Of a stretch of DNA of 38,835 bases, positions 20,502-33,077 are shown in pieces. Numbering within the stretch: position 1 is the first letter of the stretch; each line of letters begins with the position of its first letter. Source of the stretch: Geosiphon pyriformis uo1. Lineage: Eukaryota > Fungi > Glomeromycota. The notes under the pieces are model-generated. The model was not told the DNA's origin and made no database searches. It saw nothing but the letters and a program-made list of their open reading frames with translations. The translations under genes and the position numbers were made by a program. The DNA is taken from the NCBI GenBank assembly GCA_016748015.1, contig JAAOMT010000454.1, forward strand, positions 5,441 through 44,275. The letters are read 5' to 3'.

Positions 20502-23044
20502 TATCTTATTAATTAACACTATTATTCATAATTTTTCTAATTTATTGGCTTTATATAATAAAAAAACTTGTTTCATTGGTCATAATTCAAGTTTATATGG
20601 ATGTAACCAGTATATAATTGTTTTTTTTGCTAATAAAACATTAAAAAAAACTGCTATTAGTTCTATTTTAATGTTTAATAATGTGAATTTGCACTGAATT
20701 AACTTATTATTAGTTTTTTGTTTTTAGTATAAACAATTTGATCATGTTTTTATTATGTATTTTAGTGATAAAAATTTAAGTAGTTATAATAAAAGACCAG
20801 TTTTATTCCAAAATCAAATATATTTGGCCAACATATATAAAATAAAACAGATTACTATAGTCAATCCAATCTTTTTTGGTAAAACTTGGGCTTAAATTGC
20901 CAGTAGCTCTTCATTTTTTTTTGTATAAAATAATTTCTTGAAAATTGGCTTTTTTTAGAGAAAAAACTTTTTTACTAATTATATTAAAGATGAATAAAAA
21001 ATTGCTGTTTTTAAATACAGTTTTACCAATTTTATAGAATAAGTTAATAAATTAATAAAGAGATTGAACATATTTGGGCCAATAATTTTCCAGTTTAGTT
21101 TTAGATGTTAACTATAAATGATCTTTTTATTACAGAATCAAAGAGTAAATACAATAATAAGTAAGAGTTTGAATGTAATTACTAATAATAAAACTGTTAT
21201 AAGAGTAGAATTTTTTAATATATTAATTATTTTCAAATGAAAGAACAATATAAATAATTTGTTAAAAATAGTTATAAGTCTGTTGGTTAAAATAAAAAAT
21301 AAAAGTTTGGGTTCAAATATCTTTACTTAATAATAATTAATCTGATCTAAAAAATAACTACATGTAATATTCTTAATATTAATGTTTTTGCTAAATAAAA
21401 TAATATTGTTTATTAATATGTAGGCTTAAATAACATAATTTTTATTATTATAAAAACAAAATTAAGATTTAATATTAAGTCATAGATTATAAATAAGTTT
21501 GATAAAATCTGGATTTTTATATCTGATTTGAATATGAGTTTTTTTTGGTATTAATATAATAATTATTATAAACAGTTTTTTGGCTTATTATGTTTTAAAA
21601 GTTAATAAAATTCTAGACAAGATTATTTTAATTTAATTTTTGTTTAAAAATAAGCTCTTAGTTATAGTTTTGAAGTTATATATTGATGTTTTTACTAAAA
21701 CTAAATTTTAAACAAAAATTAAAGATCAATTTTTTTATTGTTAAAACAGTTAATTACAATACTTTTGTAGTTTTAGGCAGAAATTTCAATAAGAATAAAT
21801 CCAAAAAAAGTACAAGTTTCAAATTTTGCTTGAATATAAATTTAGTTAATTCATTTAATAAATATCTATTAATTAAAACTTCTATTTAAAACAATTTTAA
21901 AAGTGTTGAAAAGGTAGTAGATTTTGTGTTTGTAAATAAAATCTTAGTTTTTGCAGTTATAAACCATAAAGTTAATAGTATATCTGAGTTTTTTAATATA
22001 AATTACAAAACAGCTTCAGTTTTAGTTAATTTAAGTAGTTTCTTAAATGTTTATCTTAATAAAATTTATAAGTAAATCAATAAAAATTGATAAAAGTTTA
22101 AGATAAAAAATAAAGATAAGATCAAATGAATAAAATTTAAGAGGTGTTTTTTAAACATTAGTATAGTGAATATAATTGTTTAAAAAACAAACAATCATCA
22201 AGATTTTTTGAATTAAAACTGCTTATTGCTAAAATTGTTAAAAAGTTGAATTTAAAAGATCTTTTAAAATTTGGGCATTTTGTTGAAACTTAATTGACTA
22301 TTAATTATATTGAAACTTTTAAAGTAATTAACATAGTTTAAAATAATATAAAATCAAAAAACATTATTAAATATTTGTAAGTAGTTATGAATAAATATCA
22401 AAAATTTAAGTATTATAAGTCAAAAACATTAGAAAATATGATAATTAAAAAGACTATTAAATAACATATAGAGAGTTTTTGCTTTAACAAAAACAAATAA
22501 TAAAAAGTATTCTAAAACAATTTTTTTGCAAAGTTATTTTAGATTATTTAATTGTTGAGAAAAAATTGGTTGTAAAATCTAATAAGATAAAACTTAAAAT
22601 TAATGAAATTATAGAAAAATAAATAAAAAAAGGTTTGTGTTTTTAAGAATGTTTGATTTTTGGTTTTGCCAATATTTGTCTTTGAATTATGTAAATAATA
22701 GTGTATTTTTTGGTGTAATAAAGAAGATTGACATGAATAAATTGGTTTTGATGATTTATGATTTGCTTGGTAATAAAACTGTCATATTCTAAATAAACTT
22801 TGGAAATATTATAGTAAAGTTGTTTTAAAATGTCTTTTGAATTTGTTGAATTTTTGTTTGGTTTTAAATAATGTTCCAGTTTCTTGAAAGAAAATGTGAG
22901 TTTTAATAATTTCTAAGCCTTATAAATAAGATGATATTTTAATTAACATTTAATTTATTGTATTAATTAAGACAGCAAGAAAGATTTTGTTTAAAATTTT
23001 TTAATTAAATTTTTTTTACATGTAATAAATTTGGTGTTCTTTGA
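20502..23044 (+). mobile_element. LINE-C segment 2: ORF1 C-terminal half (to ~21333), ORF2 endonuclease and start of RT
   Basis: KTCFIGHN; ORF2 start NLI*KITTCNI (APE-type motif I); VVLGRNFNKN (GDFN); KVVDFVFV (IDY/F); ILINI*FIVLIKTARKILFKI (RPIxL..RK). Confidence 0.8.
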
Positions 23045-24003
23045 TGTTACCAGAGGTTTTTGGTCTCTTTTCTTGAATATTGTAAATGTCTGTTGGTTGC
23101 AAATTCACGTTTTCTAGAAGTAGTTGAACCTCCAATAACTGAATTTATCTTCAAATTATCTTCTATAATTTGAACTGCTGGGCTTATAAGTGGAATGGCC
23201 AATTCCTTGCCAGTTACTTTATGTAGTTATGTTGTAGTAAATGTCAACTCTTTCCCAGGAATTGCTTATCTGGAAGCTCACTAAAAATGTGTAGTTACTT
23301 TGCTGTGAAAGTCAACTCTTCTACAGGAATCTTGTTTGTAGGCTACCTTAATGATTGTAATAAGAAAAGAAAAATAAAATAAAAGAAATATAAAAGAAAT
23401 AGGATTTTATCAAGGGAAACGTTTTCTATCCAGGCCTGGAGTCACTAACAGTTTACTGAAATTGGTAGCTAATCAATTTCGAAATGTTAGTTGGGTTTTT
23501 GGAGATTTTCTAAGTGCAATAATTAAAGAATTTGATTTTTTGAATTATTTGATATTTATTTCTTTCTGTGTGTATAGGACTGGTTCTAAGTAATAAATCT
23601 AAAGTAAGATACATTTTCTTGAAGAGAAAAGCTCTTCTTTTATACAACTTGTTGTAGTACTAGTCTATGAACTTGCACTTTTTTTCTTTGCTCAAATTTC
23701 GGCGAACTAAAGATACATTTTGATGAACTACAAGTCATTTCACTGAACTATTGATTAATTTGGGTGAATTATTCATAATTTCGGCGAATTTCTGTAAATT
23801 TCGGCGAATTTTAAAATGTTACAAAGTTCAGAGTATTGTGTAATTTGATCATCCTACTTTCTGTTATACTAATTAGATTATTTTAATTGAATCGTGATAT
23901 GTGATAATTGATTAAATAATAAATAATATTAATATACTAATTAATTATAGAAATTATAAGGGTAATTTTATGCTAATTAATAGCTAAAATTCTACTAGTA
24001 ACA
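23045..24003. mobile_element. Solo LTR, family A, copy 1 (959 bp)
   Basis: TGTTACCAG...CTAGTAACA termini. Interrupts the LINE-C RT region. Inverted homologue at 33523-34470. TSD not clean (TTGA/ATAA). Confidence 0.85.
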
Positions 24004-24172
24004 ATAATAAAAACTTTTTAATATATAAGAATATCTTAACTTAATCTCTTATTTTTACTATTAAGTCAGTTGTTAAAAATGCTCTAAAAAAAATAAGGAG
24101 CTTTAATTAATTTTATGTTTTAATAGAATAATATTATTTAAAAACTAGTTTGCAGCATATTAAAATATGTAA
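24004..24172 (+). mobile_element. LINE-C segment 3 (RT region)
   Basis: T*SLIFTIKSVVKNALKK...YLKTSLQHIKICN continues the RT from segment 2 into segment 4. Confidence 0.75.
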
Positions 24173-25170
24173 TATTACAAATATACTTGGTAGAATGTTG
24201 TGATAATGTTTGGTACTCTAAATTAGATAATAAAAAGCTTGAAGTTTTTTATTTTAAATACTTAAAATAAGTCAGTAATATCAGTTTTTAAAGAATTTTT
24301 ACTAATTTTATTTGTAAAATTCTTTTATTATAAGTCACAAAAAAGTGTTTGGCTGTTTGTAGCTTAAATATATAAGCTATTTTCTTTAAGCTAATTGAAC
24401 ACAATTGCTAAGATTTAATGGTGTTTTTTTGTTTTTTTGGTAAGCTAACAAAATAATATTAATATCTAATCTTAGAAAGAGCTTTTTTTTTTACCATATT
24501 ATTACAAAGTTTATTTTTAAACAATTGATTTTACAATATTGTTGCTCCACAAAAAAATATAGAAAAGAAAAAAAAAAAGATAAAAAAAAGAAAAAGAAAA
24601 AAATTAATATTGTTAATTATTATAATCAAAAATTATTAGTTCAAGTTATTATTGTTTAAGAGATTTTATGTTAAAAGCATCTGGCGAAAAACAAAAATAA
24701 AAAACAATTAATTCAGTTTTAAGTACAAAATTTATGAATTATATATAAGTAAGTTTGGGATTTCGAATATTTTTTTTATTTAAAATACTATAAATATATA
24801 AGTAAGATAGATTTAATAAATATGAGTAAAAAAATATATTTTTTATTTTGTTTTTCTTGTCTGTTTGTCTGTTTTTTTTTTGCTAAAACTATTTATTTTT
24901 ATACATATTTCTAGTTTTATAAGATTGTTTTTAATTACTTATTATCACTAACTATTACTTATTATTTTTGTTGTTGCTTTGTTTTTTTATACTATAACTA
25001 GTTATCTTATATTACAGTTAATTATTTTGTGCTATTTTATATTATTATGTATTATCTTAGATTATCTTAAATTATAACATATTATTCTGTATTATTACAT
25101 TTTTTTTTATTATATTTCCCAATCACATTTTTTTTCAATATTTTTTTTTTGGTTTTTTATTTAAATAATA
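24173..25170 (-). repeat. 3' LTR of Gypsy B (998 bp); degenerate PPT at ~25171-25185
   Basis: Direct repeat of 33078-33522 plus 34475-35030. Adjacent rc AAAAAAAAGAGATAA purine tract. Confidence 0.88.
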
Positions 25171-26149
25171 TTATCTCTTTTTTTTAGAATTAAGTTTTTG
25201 CAAAATTATATGTTTTTTTGTGAAAATTGTTTTTTTAATATAATGTTTAATTGTTGTATTAAGTATTGTTTTTTGTAAGTCTTTAAATTGTTAGTTTGTT
25301 ATTTATTTTATGCTGTTAACTATAATAGTTTTTAGTGCACTATTTAGCAGTATGACTGGACAGTATTTAAAAACTACATATAATTGGTAAACTGCTTTGT
25401 AATATAGTGTTAAGCTGCTTTTTTTTATGAATTTTTCTATTTGTTTAAAAGCTTTTCTGTTGAAAATTTATTTGTTAAAGTTTTTATATAGTATTTTCAA
25501 TTCTAGTTGTTTATTAATTTTAAAGAACCAATAAACTAGTGGAAGTTTTTTTTTCCATATTTTGGAGTTTTTTGGAGTTTATTTTTTTGTTACTAGTTCC
25601 AAATTTAGCTTATTTAAAGCTTTTTTTATTTCTTTAAGCAGATATAGCCATATATCTTTTTTTGATTATTCATAAAGATAAAAATGCTTAATTCTAGTAA
25701 ATTTTTGCCCACTTTTTTTTGTGCAAATTTTTGTATTGTATCTTTTTTTTATTAATTGTAATTTTAATTAGTATTGTGAATTATTAAATTGTTTTAAATA
25801 GTTGTTTTAAAAGTTTTAAAATTTGATCTGAAAAGTTTATGTTAAAAGTTCTATCATTTTTTTTTTGTTGTTTTGGTTTTTATATATACTTAAATTTTTT
25901 AATTTAAATTATTATATATTAATTATGTTTTAATAACAATAATTGGTTTTAGATTTCATAGTATATTTTTTGGTCTAATTAATGTGATTTGTGTTTTTAG
26001 TTGAGATATAAATAATGATAATTTTTAATTAATATAATATATTTTTAGACAATTTTCATGTACTATTTTCTTTAAATTTATTTTTCCAATTGTAATTTGT
26101 AAGTTTTATTGTCTAAAACTTTGTGTATCTTAAATAACCTATCCCATTT

Positions 26150-27150
26150 TGTGTTAAATTTTTCACTCTATTGTTTTTCAGTTTTAGTACAATGCAATAA
26201 TATTCTGTTTCCAATTTTGAATCAATTAATTGGTCAAATAGACAATTATTATGTCTTTTTTTTTGTTATTTCTGAGCTTTATTAATATTGTTGGCTGTTA
26301 TTCTATAATTGTTTTCCAATTTTTTTATAAGCTAGTATGTTTTTTAATACAAAATAGCTTCAAAATTTATTTTGGTAATTATTTTTGTTAAAAAAAAAAG
26401 ATATTTTTTATTTAATAAATAGGGTGGCTTTTTTTATAAACTAATTCAAATAGTGTAAATTGTGTAATATTTTGCTTTAATATTCAATATGCAAATAGAA
26501 TAGAAATATAAATAAGTTTTATTCTTGTGTATTTTTGTAATTTATTTTTGCTAATGCTTTAAACAGTGTTTAGTTAAATCTTTCTACCAGTCTATTTATT
26601 TGTGAATAATATAATAATAGTAGTAATTGTTTTATTCCAAATTATTGGCTTAGTTTGACTAATATACTATTAACAAAATAAGTTTTTTGGTTAGATAATA
26701 ATTCTTTTGGGCATTTATGTAAGCAAATTAGATCTTAATATATGTATTTGGCTACTGTTTTAGTGTTTGCTACTTGAATAACTCTAATTTTAGGCCATTT
26801 GGTAAAATAATCTATAGTTATAACAATATAATAATTTTCTTTGAATATAATTAAGAGAGAATCAACCAAATTAATTTCAATTTTATCAAATAAATTTCTA
26901 ATTGGAATAGATTAAAATAGTTTTGTGATTCTGATTTCTTCTTTCTATTGACATGAATCATAATTAATAATGTATTCAAAGATATTTTTATATATTATTA
27001 ACCAATAGTATAAATTTATTGTTCTTTTTAGAGTAGTATTTTTGTTAAAATTTTCTGTAGTTAAATCAAAGTACATATTATGTAAAACAGTTTTTTTTTA
27101 TTGTTTTTTATGACTTTTGTGAAATAGTGTGGTTTTGGCATTCTTGATAG
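26150..27150 (-). pseudogene. Gypsy integrase
   Basis: Remnants on the minus strand: LHNVYFDLT..NF (HHCC region), IDLVDS-like KINLVDS, YIVITIDYFTKWPK, KELLSNQKTYFVN, QINRLVERFN. Confidence 0.82.
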
Positions 27151-27329
27151 TATAGTTAGTTATTTTGAATAAAATAATTACAAGCTTGTTTTTATAAACT
27201 ACTTTGTTCTTATTAAAATAATTTTTTCTTGAACTGTAGTGTTGATAAATACTAGTATAATTGCTAATAAGTAATTGTATTTATAGATCCGAAATTAAAT
27301 TTGTATTATTTTTGACAAACTGTTAGCAT

Positions 27330-28520
27330 TAATATTCTTGGCTCTTTTTTTATAATATACTTTGTATAGAAATTGTTACAAATAAATATTCTATCATATA
27401 TATTTTTTTTTAGTTATAGCTTGCTAAGTAATCAAATGAGTCCTTTGTAATTTGTATATAAGTTAAATAGTTGACAAAAGTAGTGTTTTTAATTTTGTAC
27501 TGTCTAGTAAATGGTAAAATATTTCAAATCTGTTATGCTGTATATTTTTTTTGCTGTACTAGTATTGTAACTAATATAAATAATTGAATGTTTTTAATTG
27601 TCTGGTTTAATTTGTGATAGGACAGCTTTTAATATATTCTTTGAGGCATTTATAGTGACAATAAAGTGTTTATTAAAGTCTGAATAAATCAATATTAGTG
27701 CTTTTATTAAATATTACTTAAGATAAATAAAAGTTTTTTGCTGTTTTTTTCTCTATAAATATAAAACATGTTTTAATAGCAGATAATAAAGTGGCTTTGT
27801 AATGTTTAAAAAGTTCTTAACAAATCTGTAATAATATTCAGTCAGTTCTAAAAATTCTTTTAGTTCTTACAAATTGGTTGGTGTTAAAAAGTTTTTGACT
27901 TTTTTCATTTTATCTAAATCTGGTTTTACTCTATTTTTTTCTATTATATATTCTAAGAATTTTAGTTTAGTCTTTCCAAAAAAACATTTATCCAAATTTA
28001 GCTTTAGTTAACACTTTAAAAGCAATTAAAAACTTGTTGGAGGTGAAGCAGATAGTTATTAAATATTTTAGAAAATACATTGATATTATTCAGATATATT
28101 ATAACTGATTTCTAAAAAATTTCTTTATATATAACATCTATTAAATATTGAAAGATAGCAGAAGTATTGTAAAATTCAAAAAATATTACATTAAATTTGA
28201 AGTTTTGTCTTGCATAATAAATATCATTTTTTTTTGTTTTTGGAATTTATTTCAACTTGCCAATATTTATTGATTAAGTTTAAGAAAGAAAACCATTTTT
28301 TATTCCTTAAGTTATTCAGAATTTCTTAAATAAGAGGAGTCAAATAGCTATCTTTTCAAGTAATACTGTTAAGTTTTTAGTAGCCTATACAAAACTATAT
28401 TTTTTTATTCTTTTTGGTAACCAATACTACTAGAAAGAACCAAAAACTTAATAATTTTTTGATAAATTTATTGTTTAACATTTATTGTACTTTTTGTTTA
28501 ATCAGATTATTGTCTACTGA
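27330..28520 (-). pseudogene. Gypsy reverse transcriptase and RNase H
   Basis: WFFLVVLVTKKNKKI*FCIGY*KLN, YWQVEI, IYLNNINVFS (YLDD mutated to YLNN at ~28085-28096), TINASK..LKAVLSQ. Confidence 0.85.
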
Positions 28521-29096
28521 GATTACTTAATAAACTTATTGTTTAATAAGTCTGACATTTTTTCTGTTGATTTAGTGTTTTATAATATTAGTACATCTGA
28601 ATTTGTTTTTATTGGCAAAGATATTAACATATTGGTTTAAAAGAATTTTAGTTGTATCTGTTATAGTATACTTAAGTTTCTCAAGTTTAGTTTAGTAATT
28701 TTTTCTGGTGTAAATAAGTAGCTTTCTGTTAACAAATTTTATATTTCTAAAATAATATCACAAAATAAGAACAATTGGGTAAAGTCTGAAATAGAGTAAA
28801 GTTTTTTAGAATTTTAAATATTCAGAAAAATAAAACCAATAAGAGTCTTTTTAAAAATTTTAATAATATTTTCAGTGCAATTGTTAATGAAGATTTTAAA
28901 ATATTTGTAAGTTTTAATAAATATATATAAGTTAGCAATGTTTGTTAAAAAACAAATTTCTGAATTAACTTTAAATAATAGAGCTTGATTCTGAATTTTT
29001 TAATTCACTTTTAGAATATACTATTAATATAAAGAAATTAAGTTTTATTTTGTTACTGTTGTCTTTTATAAAATTAACTGGAATATTTTTTTTTTT

Positions 29097-29480
29097 ACTT
29101 GATTCAAACTTTTTAATTCCTTGAACAATAAGACCTAATTTCTTATGTGTAATAATTGAGATTAATTGTTGTATTTTTACAAAAGGCAAGAAGATAACTT
29201 GGGCAATTTTTTCTTGTAATTTAATTACATAAGATTTATTAAAATTGTTTTATAATATTATAATAATGTTTTTTGTATATTTTGAATTAATAATTTTTCC
29301 TTTTATGTTGATTTTTTTTTTGTAAGGGTAGATTAAAATTCAATTTAGACCATAATACTAATAAAAATTTCTAAAATTATTTTGAGATCTATTTTTATAA
29401 AAAAATAAGATACTATAACTACAAAAATTAGTTTAGAGTATCTTAAATTAAATCTAATATTGTTTCTATGTGCTTTTTTA
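29097..29480 (-). pseudogene. dUTPase domain within Gypsy pol
   Basis: Degenerate motifs in order: KAHRNNIRFNLRY (motif 1, AGxDL), GKIINSKYTKNI (motif 3, GxIDxxYxG), EKIAQVIFLP (motif 4), QGIKKFESS (motif 5, RGxxGFGSS). Confidence 0.78.
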
Positions 29481-30559
29481 AGACATATTTTTTTTGTTGT
29501 TATTACTATATTATTTCAATTTTAATTCTTTAAAAAAATTGGAATAGACAAGATACTATTCTATTTTAGTAGCTTTTCTTGGCTTTTGAACAACATATTT
29601 TTAGCTGTGAACTCATATTTTTTTTGGATTCTGGTAGTTTGAAAATGGAATATAAAGTTTTTGGGGATGAATTAAACAAGAAATTATACTTATTATAATA
29701 TTGAAAATAATAAGAAATTAGACAATAATCACACAATTTTGTATTAAAATTAGCTAGTCTTTGTTTTTGTTTTTTTGGATAAGAGCAAATTCTTAATACT
29801 AGTTTTAGAATATTTTAAGATTATTTGTAAATAAGTTATCTATTTTTTTAATAATTACTAAGATATTCTTTATAATATATATTTTTACAATTATGACATT
29901 CTTCCATTTTACTGTGGCCATGTTTCAAATTTTGTTTTCATTATAAGAATATAAATTCAATCAATTTATTGTTTAACTATAAACTATGGTAAATAGAGTT
30001 TTTTTTTGGGCCCAGTTATTAATTAAAATAGTGTACTGGCAGAATTTGTTACATGTTTTTTCTCTGTTAGAGACATTATTTCATAATACTTTGTTTAATA
30101 AGATTTTATTATATATAAGACATAGTATATTATTCTATTTACTTTGCCATTTTGGTTATTTAAATTATTTCAATACACAAGATTAGCAATAATATCTAGT
30201 AGCAGTTGGTTATACTTTATTATCTCTAATACAAGTATTTATTAAGAATAACTTCTTTCTATAATCAACACTAATTAATTTTAGGAGTTGATAGTATTAA
30301 TTTTGTTAATTCAAAGTTAAGTAGATTAATAAAGTTGTCTAGAATTTCTTTTCAGCTCTTTTTTTTTTCTATATATAAAGTAGTAGTAACTCTGTTCTGA
30401 AATGATCAATCCAAGATAGGTTTTTAAGATTAACTGAAAAGTAGGTTTTTTGAATTTAATTAAGAATTGTTTAAAAATTACTGTTCTAAAATATTTATAT
30501 ATGGCAATACTTTGGCATATTGTTTATTAAAAGTAATTTAAAATTTTTGTGTATTCCAG

Positions 30560-30880
30560 TTCAATATAACATAGACTTTAAATAGCCAATTATTTTCGAC
30601 TAAGACTTGATATTAAGTGGCTTCCATAATAAATACTTTTATTAAGATTTGAATATTATTGATTTTGAAAAAAAAATTGTTAATCTCTTTTATTAGTGTT
30701 TTAGTATTCTTATTTGTAGTAATTATTTTAGCTGTGACTGTATGATCTATTTGATAACTTAGTTAATTTATAAGTTGTTTTATGATTATGTTGTCTATAG
30801 ATCTACTGTTAAGTATTAATTTAATATTTATTTATCTTACTCTGGTATTAATATATATTGCCATAATTGGCTTATTCTAA
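30560..30880 (-). pseudogene. Gypsy aspartic protease
   Basis: NIKLILNSRSIDNII corresponds to LILDSGS after G>A reversal. Downstream VLV*NNWL-like segment near 30580-30610. Confidence 0.65.
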
Positions 30881-31329
30881 TTAATAACAATTCTACTAAA
30901 AAAATTAACAGTGTTCAAACTGTTAATATTAAATAAAAATATGGTGGCTAGTATATTATCTTTTGTAATAATAACAGAGAGAATTGTATTAGTGGTCTGA
31001 CTAAAGTTAGAGAAAAAAAATTGGTGATTTTAACTATATTTTTTTTTTCTAAAAGTATAGTATTATGAAAATTTGGAGTTTTTATAAGACCAAAATATGA
31101 AGTCTAATTTAAATATTCTGTTTATGTTGTTCAGAGTAATATGTTGCTACAATTTGCTGAATAAAGTGGTCTATTGTTGAGTTGTATCTGATATCTACTG
31201 TTGTTTTACTATTTCTAATTATAGTTAATAGCTTAAAATCTAAAATTGTTATATATTAAAACTTAGTATTAAGGTATTATTTATACTATTACTTATAAAA
31301 ACTAATAATAAATCAAAGATGGTTGAAGT

Positions 31330-33050
31330 GGATACTTTAGTTGTTAGTATTGTGACAAAAAATATTGAAATCCTATGGCTTAAAGATATTTTGGTTGTGG
31401 TTGATATTAATTTTCTCAGTTTTGATTAGTTAATTTTTTTTGGTAATCTTTTATAATATGTTTAGATTTTTGATAATAGTAACAATTATAAGAATCTGAC
31501 TTCTAGATTTGTTGTTATTGTTGTTATTAATTTTATTGTTATTAATAATTACTGGAAATCGTTTTTATGTTATAACAGTTAATAAATTTTAAAGTTTTTT
31601 GCTAAAAATGCCTCAATTTTCTAAGTCAATTTTTCATTTAATTAGATTAGCTTGGCATTAATATCTAATATTCTATTTATGGTTAAGTTGACAGCTTGAA
31701 TATAATTGGCTTTTTGCTTTACTGATTCAAAGTTATAAACAAGTATTACAGCTTTTTATAAGCTATTAAGATGACTAAGTCTAATAAATCAAAGAATAAT
31801 GTTCCTTAGTCCTTTAATAAATTGGTTAAAGGTTTGTTTTAGTGTATAATAGTCTCTTTCAATTGTTTGAATTTAGTAAAAAATTTGATTAAATTGTCTA
31901 AAATAAAATTTTTCTGTTTTATAATACTGAATTGATTTTGTAGTCTAATGAGTATATTAGATTACAGAAGTATTATAGAAAAGCAAGTTTAAAAGCAGCA
32001 AAGTCAGCTGGTTTTTTCTTAAAACTTTGGTATCATGAGCCTGCAGTTCTTATTAAAGAAAATAAAAGAGCTTAGATTGTTTTGGTCTTATTTTAATTAT
32101 TAGTTCTGATTGCTTTTTCAGATTTTACAATTCAGATATATGCATTTTTTTTTACCAGAAAATTTTTTTAGTCTGGTAATGTCTTTGTAAGCCATAATTT
32201 GAGTAATAAGAGTTGGTTTAATTGTTAATAAAGAGAATATTGATAAATATAAGTCTGATTGCTTTGTTGTATTTACAATTAATTGTTTCCTTTTATTAGA
32301 GTAGTCAATAAATTATAGAATAACTGTTCTGTCTAAAGGTATAATAGTTGATTTGTTTAGAAATAATACTAATGATTATGCTTAAAAAAAAATGCTTCTG
32401 CCAAGTTTACTGGCTATTAGGATAAAATTTTCAAACAATAATCTGTATTTTTTTAGAGATTTAATCCAGAAATTTTGGTTATAGTCCCAACAATACAGAA
32501 TTTCAAAAGTTTTTAAAGTTTTTGATTGGATTTTAATAAGTTGATTAAGTAGAATTCTATTTCTGGGTGTTTGGTAATATAAGAAAATTATTAGTAAGAA
32601 AAGTCTTAATTTTTTGTTAACTGTAAATTGAATACTTTTTTGTATAACTTATGTATTTTTATTTTTATTTTTAAATTCTTTAGAATTAGATCTTAATAGT
32701 TGTTTTTTTATTATTTAAAAGTACTAATTTATTATGTATTTTTTAATTTTTTGATCAATTATAAAAAAAATTTTGGCTATTGCTTAAATAATAATTAAAG
32801 TTAAGTATATTAATAATTTTTAATGAATTTGCTTTCCAAGTTTTTTTGTGTCTGTTGTTTGTTCTAATAAGTAGTTAATCTTGACATATACATAATAACA
32901 AAAATTACTCTCTGTAGTAATAGTTTCTAATAATATTTTTAAGTCTTTTTTAAAGTGTTAAAATAATACTTTTCTATATAGTAAGTAATCTTTTTCTATT
33001 GTTTTATAATTATTATTCTTGTGAATTTTGGGGTGCTCTGTTTTTGTAGA
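31330..33050 (-). pseudogene. gag: Gypsy B Gag with N-terminal extension
   Basis: MAYKDITRLKNF.. at ~32195; TAGS*YQS; TLKQTFNQFIKGLRNII; IQAVNLTINR. Homologous to Gag of C/D. Confidence 0.75.
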
Positions 33051-33058
33051 TTTTATAA

Positions 33059-33075
33059 CCTTACAATAAGCACCA
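33059..33075 (-). promoter_or_regulatory. tRNA primer-binding site of Gypsy B
   Basis: rc TGGTGCTTATTGTAAGG, 2 nt from the LTR end. Confidence 0.8.
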
Positions 33076-33077
33076 AA

